From NCBI RefSeq assembly GCF_001194135.2, contig NC_068982.1, forward strand, positions 75,011,518 to 75,075,145: a stretch of DNA of 63,628 bases. Reading direction: 5' to 3'. Shown here piece after piece: positions 1-14,330 of the stretch. The stretch is from Octopus bimaculoides (taxonomy: Eukaryota). How positions within the stretch are numbered: the first letter of the stretch is position 1; each line of letters starts with the position of its first letter. The notes under the pieces are model-generated. The model was given only the letters and a program-made list of their open reading frames with translations, searched no databases and was not told the origin of the DNA. The translations under genes and the position numbers were made by a program.

Positions 1-273
1 GCCTTGAGTGGATTTGGTAGACGGAAACTGAAAGAAGCCTGTCGTATATATGTATATATATGTATGTATGTGTTTGTATGTCTGTGTTTGTCCCCCCAAC
101 ATCGCTTGACAACCGATGCTGGTGTGTTTATGTCCCCGTAACTTAGCGGTTCGGCAAAAGGGACCGATAGAATAAGTACTAGGCTTCCAAAGAATAAGTC
201 TTGGGGTCCATTTGCTCGACTAAAGGCGGTGCTCCAGCATGGCCACAGTCAAAAGACTGAAACAAGTAAAAGA
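1..273 (+). mobile_element. SINE family A (core GTGAGTGGATTTGGTAGACGGAAACTGAAAGAAGC, internal microsatellite), tail type 1
   Basis: Window-truncated. The same structure recurs at 5631-6330, 13345-13780, 34880-35260, 50150-50510, 51060-51480 (+) and 29530-29940 (-). Confidence 0.85.
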
Positions 274-280
274 GTATGTG

Positions 281-316
<36 letters not shown>

Positions 317-1189
317 TATGTGTGCGTGTGTGTTAATATATATATATATATATATACATGTATAGATCCACACACACACGCAGATGTAATTACGTATATA
401 TACAAATACATAAATGTAGACACACACATCAGAGAAAGAAAGTTAGGAGAAATAGAGTGAGAACTAACACGGAAATGTTTTATTGAAAGCCTTGAAATGT
501 GAAAAAAAAGATGGAATACATTTTCTGTTAAAGGTATAGCTGCAACCCAGTTCTTTCTTACAAGAACAGCTGGGTTTCGATGTAGCACGGAGGAAATAAC
601 GAATAATACAGTAGCAGTTTATTGAGAAGAGCAAAATATCCATTATATTTCAGTCATCATATTTATAATCTAAGTAAATAGAGTAAAATCATAATTATTC
701 GCACATACATACACAAAAATATATCAAATTTTAGGATGACTTAAATTTCAATTGTTCGCTAACCTGCCACCTCAGTTAAAATTTACATTTGACAAACCTT
801 TCTTTCTAAAGCAACATTACGGAGGGAGTTAATATATAAGAAACGAAGGGAGCAAGTTTTCTGCTGTGATTCTGCAACTGATAAGATATAACAATGGTAA
901 AGGTTCAGTTCTCTACTCTACTACAATTTTCCATTTGAATCCCGTCAGAAATATGCTGATGCCCTAATTGCTTCTTGAAGGAAACTAAAATCTTCTTTAA
1001 ATATAAGATTACTGAAATTTAATAGTGGAGATTCGTGACAAATTCGAATGTTAGACACGACTTAAGTAGAGCGGAATATCTCCATACCCGGGAACACTTA
1101 AGATAACAATAATAATAACAATGATAGCGATAGTGTGCTTAATTAAGTAAGGGCAGCAGAAGAGAAATAATTAATCCTGAATTCCCTAC

Positions 1190-1219
1190 CTGCGGTGACA
1201 TCGGCATTACTGCTCGCAT
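1190..1219 (-). CDS. Candidate start-codon exon MRAVMPMSPQ (alternatively a 53-nt internal exon, 1190-1242)
   Basis: Donor CAG|GTAGGG at 1190/1189, phase 0. In-frame TGA upstream. Purine-rich, CpG-containing leader at about 1243-1560. A possible acceptor TTTCCAG also lies at 1243. Confidence 0.4.
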
Positions 1220-1501
1220 TCTCTCTGCATTTCTAGTAATATCTGGAAATCACGAGCTCTGTGAGAAATATTAGTCCAAGGAATGCCAAGCACCACCACG
1301 AAGCAGATGCTTCCGACTGTCTCCTCCACTCCACAAGCTTTCTGCACCCCTCCATTTACCCCCACTACCGTCGCCAACGTTCTTCCTCGCTCCCTTCCTC
1401 CTCTCATACCACTCTCTATCAGCATTCGATTCTAACTTATCGATTTCACTTACTGCATCACTTCTGGTCTCGTTCGTTGTCTTTATTTATTTATTATTAT
1501 A

Positions 1502-1537
<36 letters not shown>

Positions 1538-3017
1538 GTTGTTGTTGTTGATCATCTTAGTAGTAGTAGTAGTTCTTTAATTTTTCTCTTACATCGTTCG
1601 TCTTCACCAGAAAGGTTTATGCTAAAGATTAAGGGTTTACAACCTTTACACATGTATAGATTTTGTTGTAAACTAAACACAACACTCAGTCTTAAATTAA
1701 GAGTTGAGGGGGTGGAGGAGACGTAATAAGATGTTGCAACCTTCATGTCTTTCTAAATGGTACTAAGTAATGCTTAAGAACTGAAACTTCGTCATATAGG
1801 TTCAAACTCACTATAAGCTTTACTCTTCTTGCTCTCGCAGTATTCTCTAAATATGCATAAATTTAAACTGGTTATTTTGACAAAATATTAAGATGCAAAC
1901 AGCTCCTGAAATGGCAAATAAATGAGATGAAGTTAGAAGTAAGGAAAGCTTTGGTGCCTAGTAGGAAAGAAAAATTTACATAGGAAAATCAAGAGGGTAT
2001 TTGTTAGATTTATTTTGATTCCGTTTCCTCTTTTCGGAAAGGCACACCAGTAAGTAACAAAGGCTCATTCTGAGTTAAATCTTCTTCAGAACATTTACTG
2101 TTAAGAATTTAACAAAGCTTCAAGTCTACACTTTTTTCTATTTCTCTGTAAAAGCTGATATACTTATGGGATTACAATATATGTCATATATGTTTGTGTA
2201 TGTATGAATATAAATCTATTAACCAAGAAAACAGAACTAATTTGCTTGTTAATTTGGGAATACATTTGTTAAAAATTCATAGAGGAACCAATTTTAAGTT
2301 AATTTTTGAGTGGGTTTGCTATATCTTTAACCTTCTCAGCCTTGCTCTGCTCTTATAGTGTTTGTCAAAGAATTTGAGTTGCAATGACATCATTTCATAT
2401 TAGTTAGTAAAGGTTGATGCATCTTAAGCTTAGGTGCAGGTATGGTTGTATGGTTAAGATGTTCACTTTCCAACCATGTGTTCTGAGGTTCAGCCTCACT
2501 GCATGGCTCCTTGGGCAAGGGTCTTCTACTATAACCCCAGACTGACCAATGCATTGTAAGTAAATTTGGTAGACAAAAGCCATGCTGAAGCCCATCATAT
2601 ATATATAGAGAGAGAGAGAGGGGAGGAGGCAAAATGGGTAAGTAGGGTAAAATGAGTAATTTGGGGTTTTTTTGTCATGATTTCTTTATTTGTTTGAAAC
2701 TGTTATATTGCGAGTATCACATCATTACTGGGAGTAAAAATTGGGCAGCACTGTTGGTGTTCAAGTTGAGAGAGTTTGAAACAGTCAAGTGACAGCAACT
2801 GTTTCTCTTTTTCAAGAAATTTTTCTTCAACTTTGACCCACTTGTAATTGAAGTTGCTAATAAAATATCTGGATAATTTTTGATGATTAACAATCAAAAT
2901 TCTTTTCTCTGTTGGATTACAAGTCAATCTTTTTCTTTACTAATATATTATTGTTCTGTTATAATAAAAACAATTTTACATTAATCAGATGGATTACTCT
3001 GTACTTTTGTTGAATAC

Positions 3018-3166
3018 AAATTTATTATTCTTAAACAAGAATGTTGTTGACAGTGAATTCAAAGTTTTGGCTAGCTAAGCTATTTGTCAGACTGCTGACA
3101 AAGGCTTACCTAACTGAAACTTCAAAGTCACTGTCAACAACATTCTTGTTAATGAATAATAAATTT
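3018..3166. repeat. 149-bp imperfect palindrome made of two head-to-head hammerhead-like tail modules
   Basis: 3018-3056 vs 3128-3166 inverted with 2 mismatches. Centre TTTGTCAG-ACTG-CTGACAAA. Confidence 0.8.
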
Positions 3167-3404
3167 ATGTGAGGTGGGGAAGGAGCGACTCTGTGTCTGT
3201 CCCACCCTACCACTTGACAACCAGCGTTGGTTTCTGCAAAAGGGACCGATAAGGTAAGTACAAGACTTTAAAAAAATAAGTACTGAGATTGATTTGTTTG
3301 ACTAAACCCTTCAAGGCAGTGTCCCAAGCATGGCTGCAGTCCAATGACTGAAACAAGCAAAATATAAAATATACGTGTGTGTGTACACCTCAACAAAGCG
3401 TAAA

Positions 3405-3700
3405 TGTTTTGAGAGAGAAATAGGGTATAAGAGGCATCTGTTGTAGTGCGCAAGAGAGAAGACAGTGCTGGTATGGCCATGTGATGCATATGGATGAGGG
3501 GAGCTGCATGAAGAAGTGCCAATCTCTAAATGTGGAAGGAACTTATGGAAGAGATTGACCCAGGAAGACATGAGATGAAGTGGTGAGAAATGGTCTTCAG
3601 ACGTTAAGCTTCACAAAGAAGATGATGAAGAATCAAGACAACTGGCAATATGCTGTGGTTGAGAACACCTGCCCAGCCAAGTAAAATCCATGTCCATGAA
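3405..3700 (+). mobile_element. RTE LINE C-terminal fragment
   Basis: Degenerate translation LGIRGI...WYGHVMHMDE...GRxRPRKT...WQYAVVENTCPAK-stop. Confidence 0.8.
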
Positions 3701-4139
3701 CCCATTCACACATACACATGTAAACAGTTAATACCATACACACAACACACACACACAGTTACCACCACCTGCATACACATGCACTCAGTTACAATCACAA
3801 ATACACACACACACACACTCACATGCATGCACATACCTATAGACACCTCCTTCTCTTACACTCTCCTGTCTTAGAAAGAACTTTTTCTTCACCCATTCCC
3901 TTCCGGTCATTTCAAAATGTAGCTACATGTGGATTGTTGGTGATTTTTCTCCTCCGTCTTCCTTTTCTCTTGGACTTTCTTCTGTCTCCTGTTTCTGAAG
4001 AGCTTTACTCAAAACATAGAACTAACTTTCTTTCCTTCCCTGAGTATCTTTTAATACTTTGCATGTACCATATCCTCGCATTGCTGATTTTTTCTTCTTG
4101 TGTATTTTGTTTTTTTAGATTAATTTTATATATAGTAAT

Positions 4140-4850
4140 ATCAAAGGAAGGCTAACTAGCAAGATAGTTTTTGTATGTAGTAGATGCTCAGGAACAATAA
4201 ACACTGAAAATGTGCAGAAAACAACCTTTGCCACATTCCAGGGAGAAAAACTAGAAGTATTTGATAGCTTCCAGTATCTAGATGACCAAGTTAGTAGCGA
4301 GGGAGGGTGCGCTGAAAATGTAGCTGATAGAATAAGAATAGCCTGGGCAAAGTTCAGAGAGTTCTTACCTCTGCTGGTAACAAAGGGCCTTTCACTCAGA
4401 GTAAAAGGCAGACTGTATGATGCATGTGTATGAACCGCCATACTACATGGCAGTGAAACATGGGCCGTGACTGCTGAGGACATGCATAAGCTCACAAGAA
4501 ACGAAGCCAGTATGATCCGATGGATGTGTAATGTCAGTGTGCATACTCGACAGAGTATAAGTACCTTTAGTACCTCAAACTTTAGGCCTCACCAAGGCAA
4601 TGACTAGTGACCGAGACCATTGGAAATATGCAGTACATGAGAAGACCCGGCAAGCCAAGTGAGAGCATTATCTGTGGCTTCTGCCAGAAGTGTAGCCAGC
4701 TCACTTATTCGTATCTTTACTTCATTGGACACTAAACTCTGCTTGCAAAGACCTGTTGAAGCAAGTGAATTGGAATCGAAATTGAACCAAATTCGACGAC
4801 TGGCACCCATGCCAACCTCTCCTTCTAGGCATGTGGTTTGTCAAATGTAT
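4140..4850 (+). mobile_element. RTE LINE 3' fragment (post-RT region, C-terminus, start of 3'UTR), internally deleted
   Basis: FQYLDDQVSSEGGC...RIRIAWAKFREFLPLL...KGRLYDACV. Closely matches 58905-59260 on the opposite strand. Confidence 0.88.
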
Positions 4851-5025
4851 CTCTTAATGCATTGACAGAATGAAATGTCACCTTTTAGTATGTAGATTAA
4901 CATCCCAGTGCATAGAAAATATATATATATATATAATATACAACTGATGATGTAATAGAAATACCGTAATTCAGAACAGACAGTACAAGAAATAATACAT
5001 AATATATTTGCTTAATCACTTATTG

Positions 5026-5097
5026 AGCAGAGTGAAATAGTGGAAGTATGCCGGGCCCCATAATCCAGAGATCCATAGATCGAAGCTATACTTAGTT
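5026..5097 (+). pseudogene. Initiator tRNA-Met (CAT) pseudogene
   Basis: 72 nt, collinear with the canonical animal tRNA-iMet as I recall it (AGCAGAGTG...GGGCCCATAA.CCAGAG...GATCGAA), about 54/72 identical by hand. Acceptor and D stems disrupted. Confidence 0.85.
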
Positions 5098-5828
5098 AAG
5101 AAATGGATGCTATTTTTTATATTTATACATGGCAACTGAGTTATCTAAAAATATGTCAACCATATGCATGAATATATACCTACATGGTAGCTACAAATTA
5201 TATTATGCAATAGAAATTTACACAAGGTCATGGGACACTAACTGACTGGGGTACACCAAAACCCAAGTACTGGGGTGAGCAGAGACAACAGGACTTTTCA
5301 ATTAGTATATAGGATTGAATGTAACATGGAAGAAAAACTGGTAAACTTTAAAAAAACAACACTGAATAGAAACTATCTTCTTTATCTTTTTTGCTTTTTC
5401 ATCAATCATCCTTTGACCAACCTATGGTTGGTCGGAACTCCATTGAGTAGCTAGACAGAGAATCTAGCCAACCAGGCAGAATAGGTGCTCTACTACATTC
5501 TCTTGCAATGGTCTTGAGCCTCACTCTTCTCAGAATTTCCTAGGATCTTTCCAAGGTACCTTTGATGGAATTCATTTACTACATAGTGAAGTATTTAACA
5601 GCTTTCAATAAAAATATTTCACAAAAGCGTGTCTCTGTGGTAAGAAGCTTGTTTCCCAACCACATGGTTCTGGGTTCCCTCCCACTGTGTGGCACCTTGG
5701 GCAAGTGTCTTCTACTATAGCCTTGGGCTGACCAAAGCCTTATGAGTGGATTTGGTAGACAAGCTAAAAGAAACCGGTCATAGCATGCATGTGTCTTGGT
5801 GTCTGTGTTTGTCCCCCACCACCACTTG

Positions 5829-6212
5829 TTGTTGGCACTCCGTCGCTTACGACGTTGAGGGTTCCAGTTGATCCGATCAACGGAACAGCCTGCTCATGAA
5901 ATTAACATGCAAGTGGCTGAGCACTCCACAGACACGTGTACCCTTAACGTAGTTGTCAGGGATATTCAGCGTGACACAGTGTGACAAGGCTGACCCTTTG
6001 AATTACAGGCACAACAGAAACAAGAAGTAAGAGTGAGAGAAAGTTGTGGTGAAAGAGTACAGCAGGGTTCGCCACCATCCCCTGCCGGAGCCTCGTGGAG
6101 CTTTTAGATGTTTTCGCTCAATAAACACTCACAACGCCCAGTCTGGGAATTGAAACCGTGATCCTATGACCATGAGTCTGCTGCCCTAACCACTGGGCTA
6201 TTGCACCTCCAC
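5829..6212 (-). mobile_element. tRNA(Arg-like)-derived SINE, family B, nested in a family A SINE
   Basis: A/B boxes on the minus strand. 11-bp TSD ACCACCACTTG (5818-5828 / 6213-6223). Confidence 0.9.
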
Positions 6213-6569
6213 ACCACCACTTGACAACTGGCTTAAAGAAAAAATAAGTACTGGGATCAATTAGTTTCATTAAAATTCCTCAAGGCAGTACTCCAGCAAG
6301 GCCAGTCTAATGACTGAAACAAGAAGAAGAAAAAACGAAATTATCATGAGAAATTTTGTTACATCATTAAGATACAGGAAAAACCCGCAGCCTTGCTCAA
6401 CTTGCTAAAAATAGCAGCCAAATTTCCTTCTAATTACATTTTATCATCTCACATGGAGAACTCTCTGTAAAATGTAGTGTAGTCTAACAGGAAAACAGGA
6501 TGGTCATGAGTGGAAATTCTTTGACAAATCTACTCGAGCACAGCTGAATTGGTGGTGGTAGTAGTAGTG

Positions 6570-6600
<31 letters not shown>

Positions 6601-6684
6601 CAGCAGCAGCAGCAGTAGTAGTATGAATGGTATCAACTAATCCCCTCACCTCAAAATTGCTGGCCTTGTATCTAAATTAGAAAC

Positions 6685-6725
<41 letters not shown>

Positions 6726-8333
6726 CCATCATCATCATCACCACGACCACCATCAACATGTCTATTTTACCAAACCAACATGGGTAGGATGAATCTGCAG
6801 TCCAACATACAACGACCTCTCTTCATCCTTTGTCATGAGGTCAAACAATCAGACATGAGGAACATCACCATTTCTTTCTCTTCTTCAACTGACTGTATAC
6901 ATACATTATTATCATACTTATGTGCATTTAATGTCTAGTTTCTACAGCTGGATACCATTCTTAACACCAACCACTTTACAGAGTGTACTAAGTGTTTTTT
7001 TATATGACACCAGAACTAGTGAGGTGACCACGTAACTCACAAGGTAAGAACTCCTCAGCTGAGTGGAGGAGGAGTCTTCAGGTAGGTGGCTTTATGTCAG
7101 TTGCCAAGAACTTAAAGTATGATAGAGGGACAGAAAAAAGTGTCTTTCTGTAGAGGAGATACATGGTTACCCTGATTAAAAAAGGAGAGAAGCTGGTGCT
7201 GAGGTGTCAGGTTGTATCCTCAAGTTACAGAAAGGTGAAAAAAGGTGATTTCAAAATCCAGAGAAAAAAAAAAAAAAGCCACCGCACCATCACATTGGAC
7301 TTTAATAGTCTACAAAATAATATTCCTTGCACAATCTTTCATTGGCAAAATTTAACCAATATTTTTCAGAGAAAAATGTAATTTACAAATACAAGGATAT
7401 CCACAAGGTAAAATTTGAACCTTGCTCTCCATACATTGCTAAAATGGTGAGAGAGAATAAAGAATATTCTCAATACAACAATTTCATGATAATTTTGGGT
7501 TCTAGACAACTTATGTAGCTCAAATTAGTGCATTTTTTCATAGAAATATATGTTTACTTAGCAATTAGTTCATCCATTCCTTGAAATTTTGGCTCAAACT
7601 CAATATTTGAAGCCGTAAATTCATGTTCCATTTCAGTTCTTGCTACGCAGGAATACGTCAGTTTGACAAGTAGTGTCAATATACATTAATCCTATAAAAG
7701 CAGCCCTTTTTATTGATTTTGCACTTTATGCCATCGCATTGCCTGATTTGGTAATGGCCATATTAAATTCACAAGAAATGTTTCTTTCTTATGGTAGAAA
7801 TCTTGAAGAAAATATGTTCTTTTCTATGTGAAAATTAATGATAAAATTTTCCCTCTTATAATTCATAAGGATTATCTGACCAACCCCCATCAATTTTTAT
7901 ATCAAAATAAAGCAAAAAACAGTCCTCCTCAGAACTATCATTTTCAACACAAATCAAGTTATAGTGCTCCAGCGTATTGAATTAGAATGAGGACTTACAG
8001 TTCAGCAATAAAAAACAAAAACAGGACAAACTTTATGAATGAGTGGGAATACCAAGGTGATTGGGGGAACCTGGCATGATATGTAAGAGTCAGATTTTGA
8101 CCAAAACTATATGAGAAGAAAGTCCACATCCAGAACTTTTGAATGATATATAAGTGTCGACTGAAAACATCTATTTTGACATGAAAATGATCAAGCAAAA
8201 ATCGAGCTTTTGTATGATCAAATTGTGCTTGTCTCCCTTCTATGGAGCTCTTTAGTGATACCTAGTGACAAAGGCAAAAATGAGGTGATGATGTCAAGGT
8301 CTACTGGAAGAGTCTGTGACTGCAGCACAAGAC

Positions 8334-8395
<62 letters not shown>

Positions 8396-10097
8396 TGAAG
8401 AGTGGTGGTTGGGTCTGAAGTTCCGTAAACCTCAACAATAAGGGTGGACATATTCAATCATTCATTCATTGTTCAATCAAGGATGACCTGTGACTCAACA
8501 AAATCGACAACAATCATTACTGCCACCACTTGCAATATCCCTTCAACTACTTCTCTTAACAACAGCAGCAGCACTGCTATTCCCAACAGCACTTTGTTGT
8601 GGTCATGACTTTAAACTGCATCTGGTAGTGGGTCCCTGACTCAGGGATTCCAGGGTTTTGAGGAGTGTGAAACAATGTCTTAGCCACTATTGTTCCCAGG
8701 TCTACTTTGATCCAGAGTTGCAGCACCTGTTAAGGTCCCAGTTGTGGGTTAATTAGCATATTATGGCTTACTAACCTAGTATATTAAGGCCTGCCAACCT
8801 ATTGAGAGACTGGATCCAGTCTCTCAATTTCTCTCCCATTAACGTTTTCATGAAGAAGGACCCTGTCCAGAACTTTGGATTTTCCACTTCCCACAGCAAA
8901 TTCACTGTATTCTTTTTACCAATTTCATTAATTTATACAAGGCACTGTGTTGTATAATGAGTTTGCTTCCCAACCATATGGTCCTGAATTTGGTCCAACT
9001 GTATGGCAGCTTAGACAAAGGTCTTCTATTATAGCCTTGGGTTGACTAAAACCTTATTAGTGGATTTATAGATAGAAAATTGAAAGAAACTCATGTGTGT
9101 GTGTGTGTTTGTGTGTGTGTGTATGTGTGTCTCCTTGTCTTGACATTGTGTGAAAGTTTCAAAATGATTGTTAGTCATACAAGCAGTGCTGTTCATTTCC
9201 AGTATCCTGGAAGAACATGCCTGGCTATGGAGAAATATTATCTTGCTTGAAAACGGGTGAGGGTTGGTGACCAAAAGAGCATCCAGTTGTATAAAATCTG
9301 CTTCAATAAATGTTGTCTGATCTATGCAGGCATGAAAAATTGGACATTGAAATGCTACTGATAGCAAACCTTGTTTCCATCTATCAAATTTTATTCACAA
9401 AGCATTGCACAATCTCAGATCATAACAGGGTACCAAACAGAGGAATGGAACCTGGAATCACATTGTTTGTGTAACAAACTTCTTAACCACACAGCCATCT
9501 CGATACCATATATATTCAATGTAGAGGTGATAGTTGTGGTGATGGTGGATCTTTGTGATGAGGATTCATTTGTTCAATCGCCTGAATTACCTGCTCCTGA
9601 ATTGATTTGTAAGTGGCTGAGTATTCCCCAGACACATGTACCCTTAATGTAATTCTCAAGTAGAATTAATGTGAATTCTAGGTACAATCCACCCAAGGGC
9701 TTCTATACAGTTTCCATCTACCTAATTTCACTCACAAGATATGGATTGGCCCAAAGCTATACAAAATAACATTTTCCCAAGTTATCATACAATGGGGTCA
9801 AACCCAGGGTCTTTGACTGCAGAGTAACTCCTTAACCATTTGGTCACACTGTGCCTATATATACATATAAATGTAAATATAATTAATGTAGGATTGTATG
9901 AACAATACAACCAGAGCATATTTGAATTCTTACATATAACTGTGTTTATTTGAGCAGTCAATGGCAACAGAGACTGTAGACATGAATTCCAGCAATTTTA
10001 TTGTACTGTGATTTCCTATTTGTTGTTGTTGTTGATGTTGGTGGTGGTGCCAGAAATTCCTACTCAAGTGTATTGACCCAATTTTAGTGTATTGCAG

Positions 10098-10128
<31 letters not shown>

Positions 10129-10423
10129 NNNNNNNNNNNNNNNNNNNNNNNNNNNNNNNNNNNNNNNNNNNNNNNNNNNNNNNNNNNNNNNNNNNNNNNN
10201 NNNNNNNNNNNNNNNNNNNNNNNNNNNNNNNNNNNNNNNNNNNNNNNNNNNNNNNNNNNNNNNNNNNNNNNNNNNNNNNNNNNNNNNNNNNNNNNNNNNN
10301 NNNNNNNNNNNNNNNNNNNNNNNNNNNNNNNNNNNNNNNNNNNNNNNNNNNNNNNNNNNNNNNNNNNNNNNNNNNNNNNNNNNNNNNNNNNNNNNNNNNN
10401 NNNNNNNNNNNNNNNNNNNNNNN
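10129..10423. other. Assembly gap
   Basis: N run. Other gaps at 28055-28555, 45667-45913, 47620-48192 and 49517-50042. Confidence 1.
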
Positions 10424-10447
10424 TTGTGTTATGTTAATCTGAATAAA

Positions 10448-10506
<59 letters not shown>

Positions 10507-11379
10507 GATGTAATTTAATAAATGTTTCCATTAAGAGTCAGGGGGACTCCTATAAGTTTTATAGAATTCTCTGGTGTTATGCTTTTAACACATGAAAACC
10601 TTGATTATTGGCTTGATAAATTTCAACAGTTCTTCAGTTTTAACCTTTACCATTATCATTATTTTCATCACCTTCATTGTCTTTATTCTTATCTTTTCAC
10701 AATCAATTATAACATTTACTTTTATCTATGTTTTACCCATGTTTATGTTTCATTTGTTTGTTAGCTTATTTTAATGTCTATTTTCCCCCATGGCTTAGAT
10801 GCAAGGTGTTTGGAGTAGGATATTTATGGGTGGATGCTCTTCCTATCACCAACCCGTACCTTTTTTTCAAATAAGGGATTATTTTATGCAAGAGGAATTT
10901 GAAAGCAGAGAGCTAGTGGGTAATTTGTTTGACAGTCCAACCATAAAATGGTGGCATCACCATTAGTGACTGAGATAGAAATGTTGATGCCATTTTAACT
11001 GTAGACCAATGTAGGTTTTAAGCATACAAACACACACTCATGCACATGCACACACACACACATATCATGGCAGTAAGGTTGAGGAAGAGAGCCCATAGTG
11101 AATACAACCAACCTCATTTCAAGCAGTTGTAGACAACAGTAATGTTTGTTGTAAATAATATTTTAGCTGACTGAAGAGGACATTGCCAGATGGGTAACCT
11201 CATAGTCTGTTGTAATTGCATTACATTCTACACGTGCCACAAAGGATGGTCCTGGGGATCATTCCATAACAAGATGAGATTCACTATAAGCAGACCCACA
11301 ATATTGGGATTTCTTCCTGTTGATATTTCCTTCAACAGGGAGGAACTGATATTGTTAGACAGATCTGGCATGACTGACT

Positions 11380-11519
11380 ATGAGGTTGCTTCCCAACCAC
11401 ATGATTTCAGGCTCAGTCCCCCTGTGTAGTACCTTGGACAAGTGTCTTTTACTATAGTCCAAGCCTAACCAAAGCCTCGTGAATAGATTTGGTAAACAGA
11501 GACTTAAAGAAGCTTGTTT

Positions 11520-11570
<51 letters not shown>

Positions 11571-11825
11571 GTATATTTGTGTTCCCTTGTCTTGACATAA
11601 TGTGATAGTTGTAAATGAGAGTCACTGTCATACGAGCAGTGTCATTCATTTCCAATATACTGTGAAGAACATATCTGACCATGGGAAACATTACCTCGCT
11701 TGGAAACAGATGAAGGTTGGTAACAGCAAAAAGTATCCAGCCATGGAAAAAAAATCTACTTCAATAAACTCCACCCGACCCATGCAAACATAGAAAAGAG
11801 GGCATTAAAACAATGAAGAAGATGA
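11380..11825 (+). mobile_element. SINE family A head/core with tail type 2 (RTE-like (GAT)n end)
   Basis: The same structure recurs at 8940-9350, 19950-20465, 53510-53860; tail-only at 60800-61050 (+) and 27395-27700 (-). Confidence 0.8.
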
Positions 11826-12717
11826 TGATGAGACACAAGAAACAGTCAATAACAATATAGATATGTTTCAGTACCCATGTCTCATCACTGACATAACTGT
11901 TTCTACTTTGAAACACAATTTTCTTTATTATTATAGTTTAAGTTCGATGTATCGTCACAGCAATGTATATATAATGAAGACTGAAAGAAAAACACAATTA
12001 CACGAGAATTAAAGGTCAACGCATTATATATGAGCTTGATATTTATAAAATAGGCCAACATCACTGATCTTTCAAATTATCTAGATTAGCCTTTTGTTTT
12101 TTAAGTTTTCCTTTATAATTCTATAATAACTGAAAATATTATAGATTAAGTTATTTTCATGAAGTTTTATTTAAAATTTGACTTCCTAAAATATATGTTG
12201 ACATTGGTTGCTCCTTTATTATTTATTTATTTTTTTTGGTTAGACACTACATTTTACTCTATATCATCATCACCACCATCATCACCACCACCATCATTAC
12301 TACCATCACCATCACTATCATTATCCCCATCATCATTATTAGCAAGGGTGGTGGTGTTTTAATGTCACCTTTTCAGTAGACATTAAAATGGTGCTAACAT
12401 TAAAATGGGTCAGATGAAATTTTTGGAGTGAGTCTTCTAGAGAAGTACCCTTCAACCTTCACTTGTTTCCAAACAAGGTAATATTTTTTCCTAGTCCTTC
12501 ACACACAGACAGCATGATGATAGACATGTTTCCATGGAGGATTATAAATGAAAGATACAACTTGCATAACAGAGATGTAAGTGGTGCATAGGGGTGGCTA
12601 TAGTGTGTGGTGGGACAAAGATAGGCATGGGATATGAACTCAGAACATAAAGAGCCAAAAGAAATACAGCAAAGTACTTTTTCCAGTGTGCTAATGATTC
12701 AGCCAATCCATTATTTT

Positions 12718-12758
<41 letters not shown>

Positions 12759-12973
12759 TAATCCTTTCTAGTAAAGGCACAAGGCCTGAAATTTGGAGGA
12801 GAAATACAGTCAATTACATCAACCCCCAGTACTCAACTGGTACTTATTTTATTGACCTCCAAAAGGATGAAAGGCAGAGTTGACCTCAGCAGAATTTGAA
12901 CCCAGGACATGAAGACAGACGAAATAACTCTAAGCATTGCTCAGTGCACTGACAATTCTGCCAGCTAACCACC

Positions 12974-13048
<75 letters not shown>

Positions 13049-13984
13049 GTTTCTGATTTAAGCACAAGGTCAGCAAGTTTGAGGGGAGGGTGTTAGACTG
13101 GTACTTTATTTTATCAACTCCTGAGGGAGAAAAGTTAAAGCCAGTCTCAGGAGAATTTGAACTCAGGATGTAAGGACCTGGAAGAAATACCACTAGATGG
13201 GTTTTTTTTGCAATGATTTAATGATCCAACATTCCTTAATAACAATTATAATAACAAGCCAAGGAGAAAGTGAAAGTTTTCACGCAGTTGTTCAACCTGC
13301 TAGGAATAGCAGTCAAATCTCCCTCAAACTAAATCCTACCGTCTTAAAAAGAAGGAATGGCTGTATGGTAAGAAATTTGCTTCTCAACCATATGGTTCTG
13401 GGGTCAGTCCTACTGCATGGTACCTTGCACAAGTGTCTTCTACTGTAAGCCTTGTGAGTGGATTTGGTAGATGGAAACTGAAAGAAGCCTGTCATATATG
13501 TATGTGTGTGTGTGTGTGTGTGTGTGTAAACTGAAAGATGACCATCATGTATGTGAGTGTCTTTGTGTCTGTGTTTGTACCCCATCACTGCTTGACAACT
13601 GAATTTGGTTTGATTACATCCCTGCAATTTAGCAGTTTGGCAAAAAGGAACTGATAGAATAAGTACCAGGCTTTAAAGAGAGAAAAATACTGGGGTCAAT
13701 TCATTTGACTAAAATCCTTCAAGGCAAGTGCCCCAGCATGGCCACAGTCTAATGACTGAAACAAGTAAAAGATAGAAGATATTAGGTAAGATAATCCAAT
13801 ATATTCTACAACCAAATAAAAGATAGAACGATCACAGTAGGAACACCTTTGATCACAGGTTTACTGGACCAGGTCTGACCTGGGGCTAAAGACAATAATA
13901 ATTATAATAACCAGCAAGTCACTTCAGCAATAACTTGATAACAGAATTATTGCCCTACATGCTGAGTGAAAAAAATGAAAAATC

Positions 13985-14330
13985 TCTCTCTTCCTCTCTC
14001 TCACACTTTCTTTCTCTCTCTTTACTCTATCTCTTTCATTTCTCACACTTTCTCTTTCTCTCTCACACAATTTCTATTTCACTCTCCCTCTCTCACTTTC
14101 TTTCTCTCTTTTTCTTTTTTCTCATACTTTCTCTTTCTCTCTCTCTCTCTTTTTCTCTCAAACTCTCTCTCATACACTTTATCACACATTTCATCTTTGT
14201 TTCTCTCATTTTCTCTCTCACTCACTTTATTTCTCTCTTCCCTCTCTCTCCTCTCTCTCACTCTATCTCTCTCCCTCCCTCTCTCTCTTACTCTAACTCT
14301 TTCTCTCACTCTATCTCTCTCTCTTCTCTC
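13985..14330 (+). repeat. Degenerate (CT)n polypyrimidine tract
   Basis: Direct inspection. A complementary purine-rich tract lies at about 23720-24200. Confidence 0.9.

Noticed and set aside
1812-1896. Minus-strand exon-like segment (TTTCAG acceptor, GTGAGT donor)
   Set aside because: Stops in all three frames; cannot be supported as more than a possible non-coding exon.
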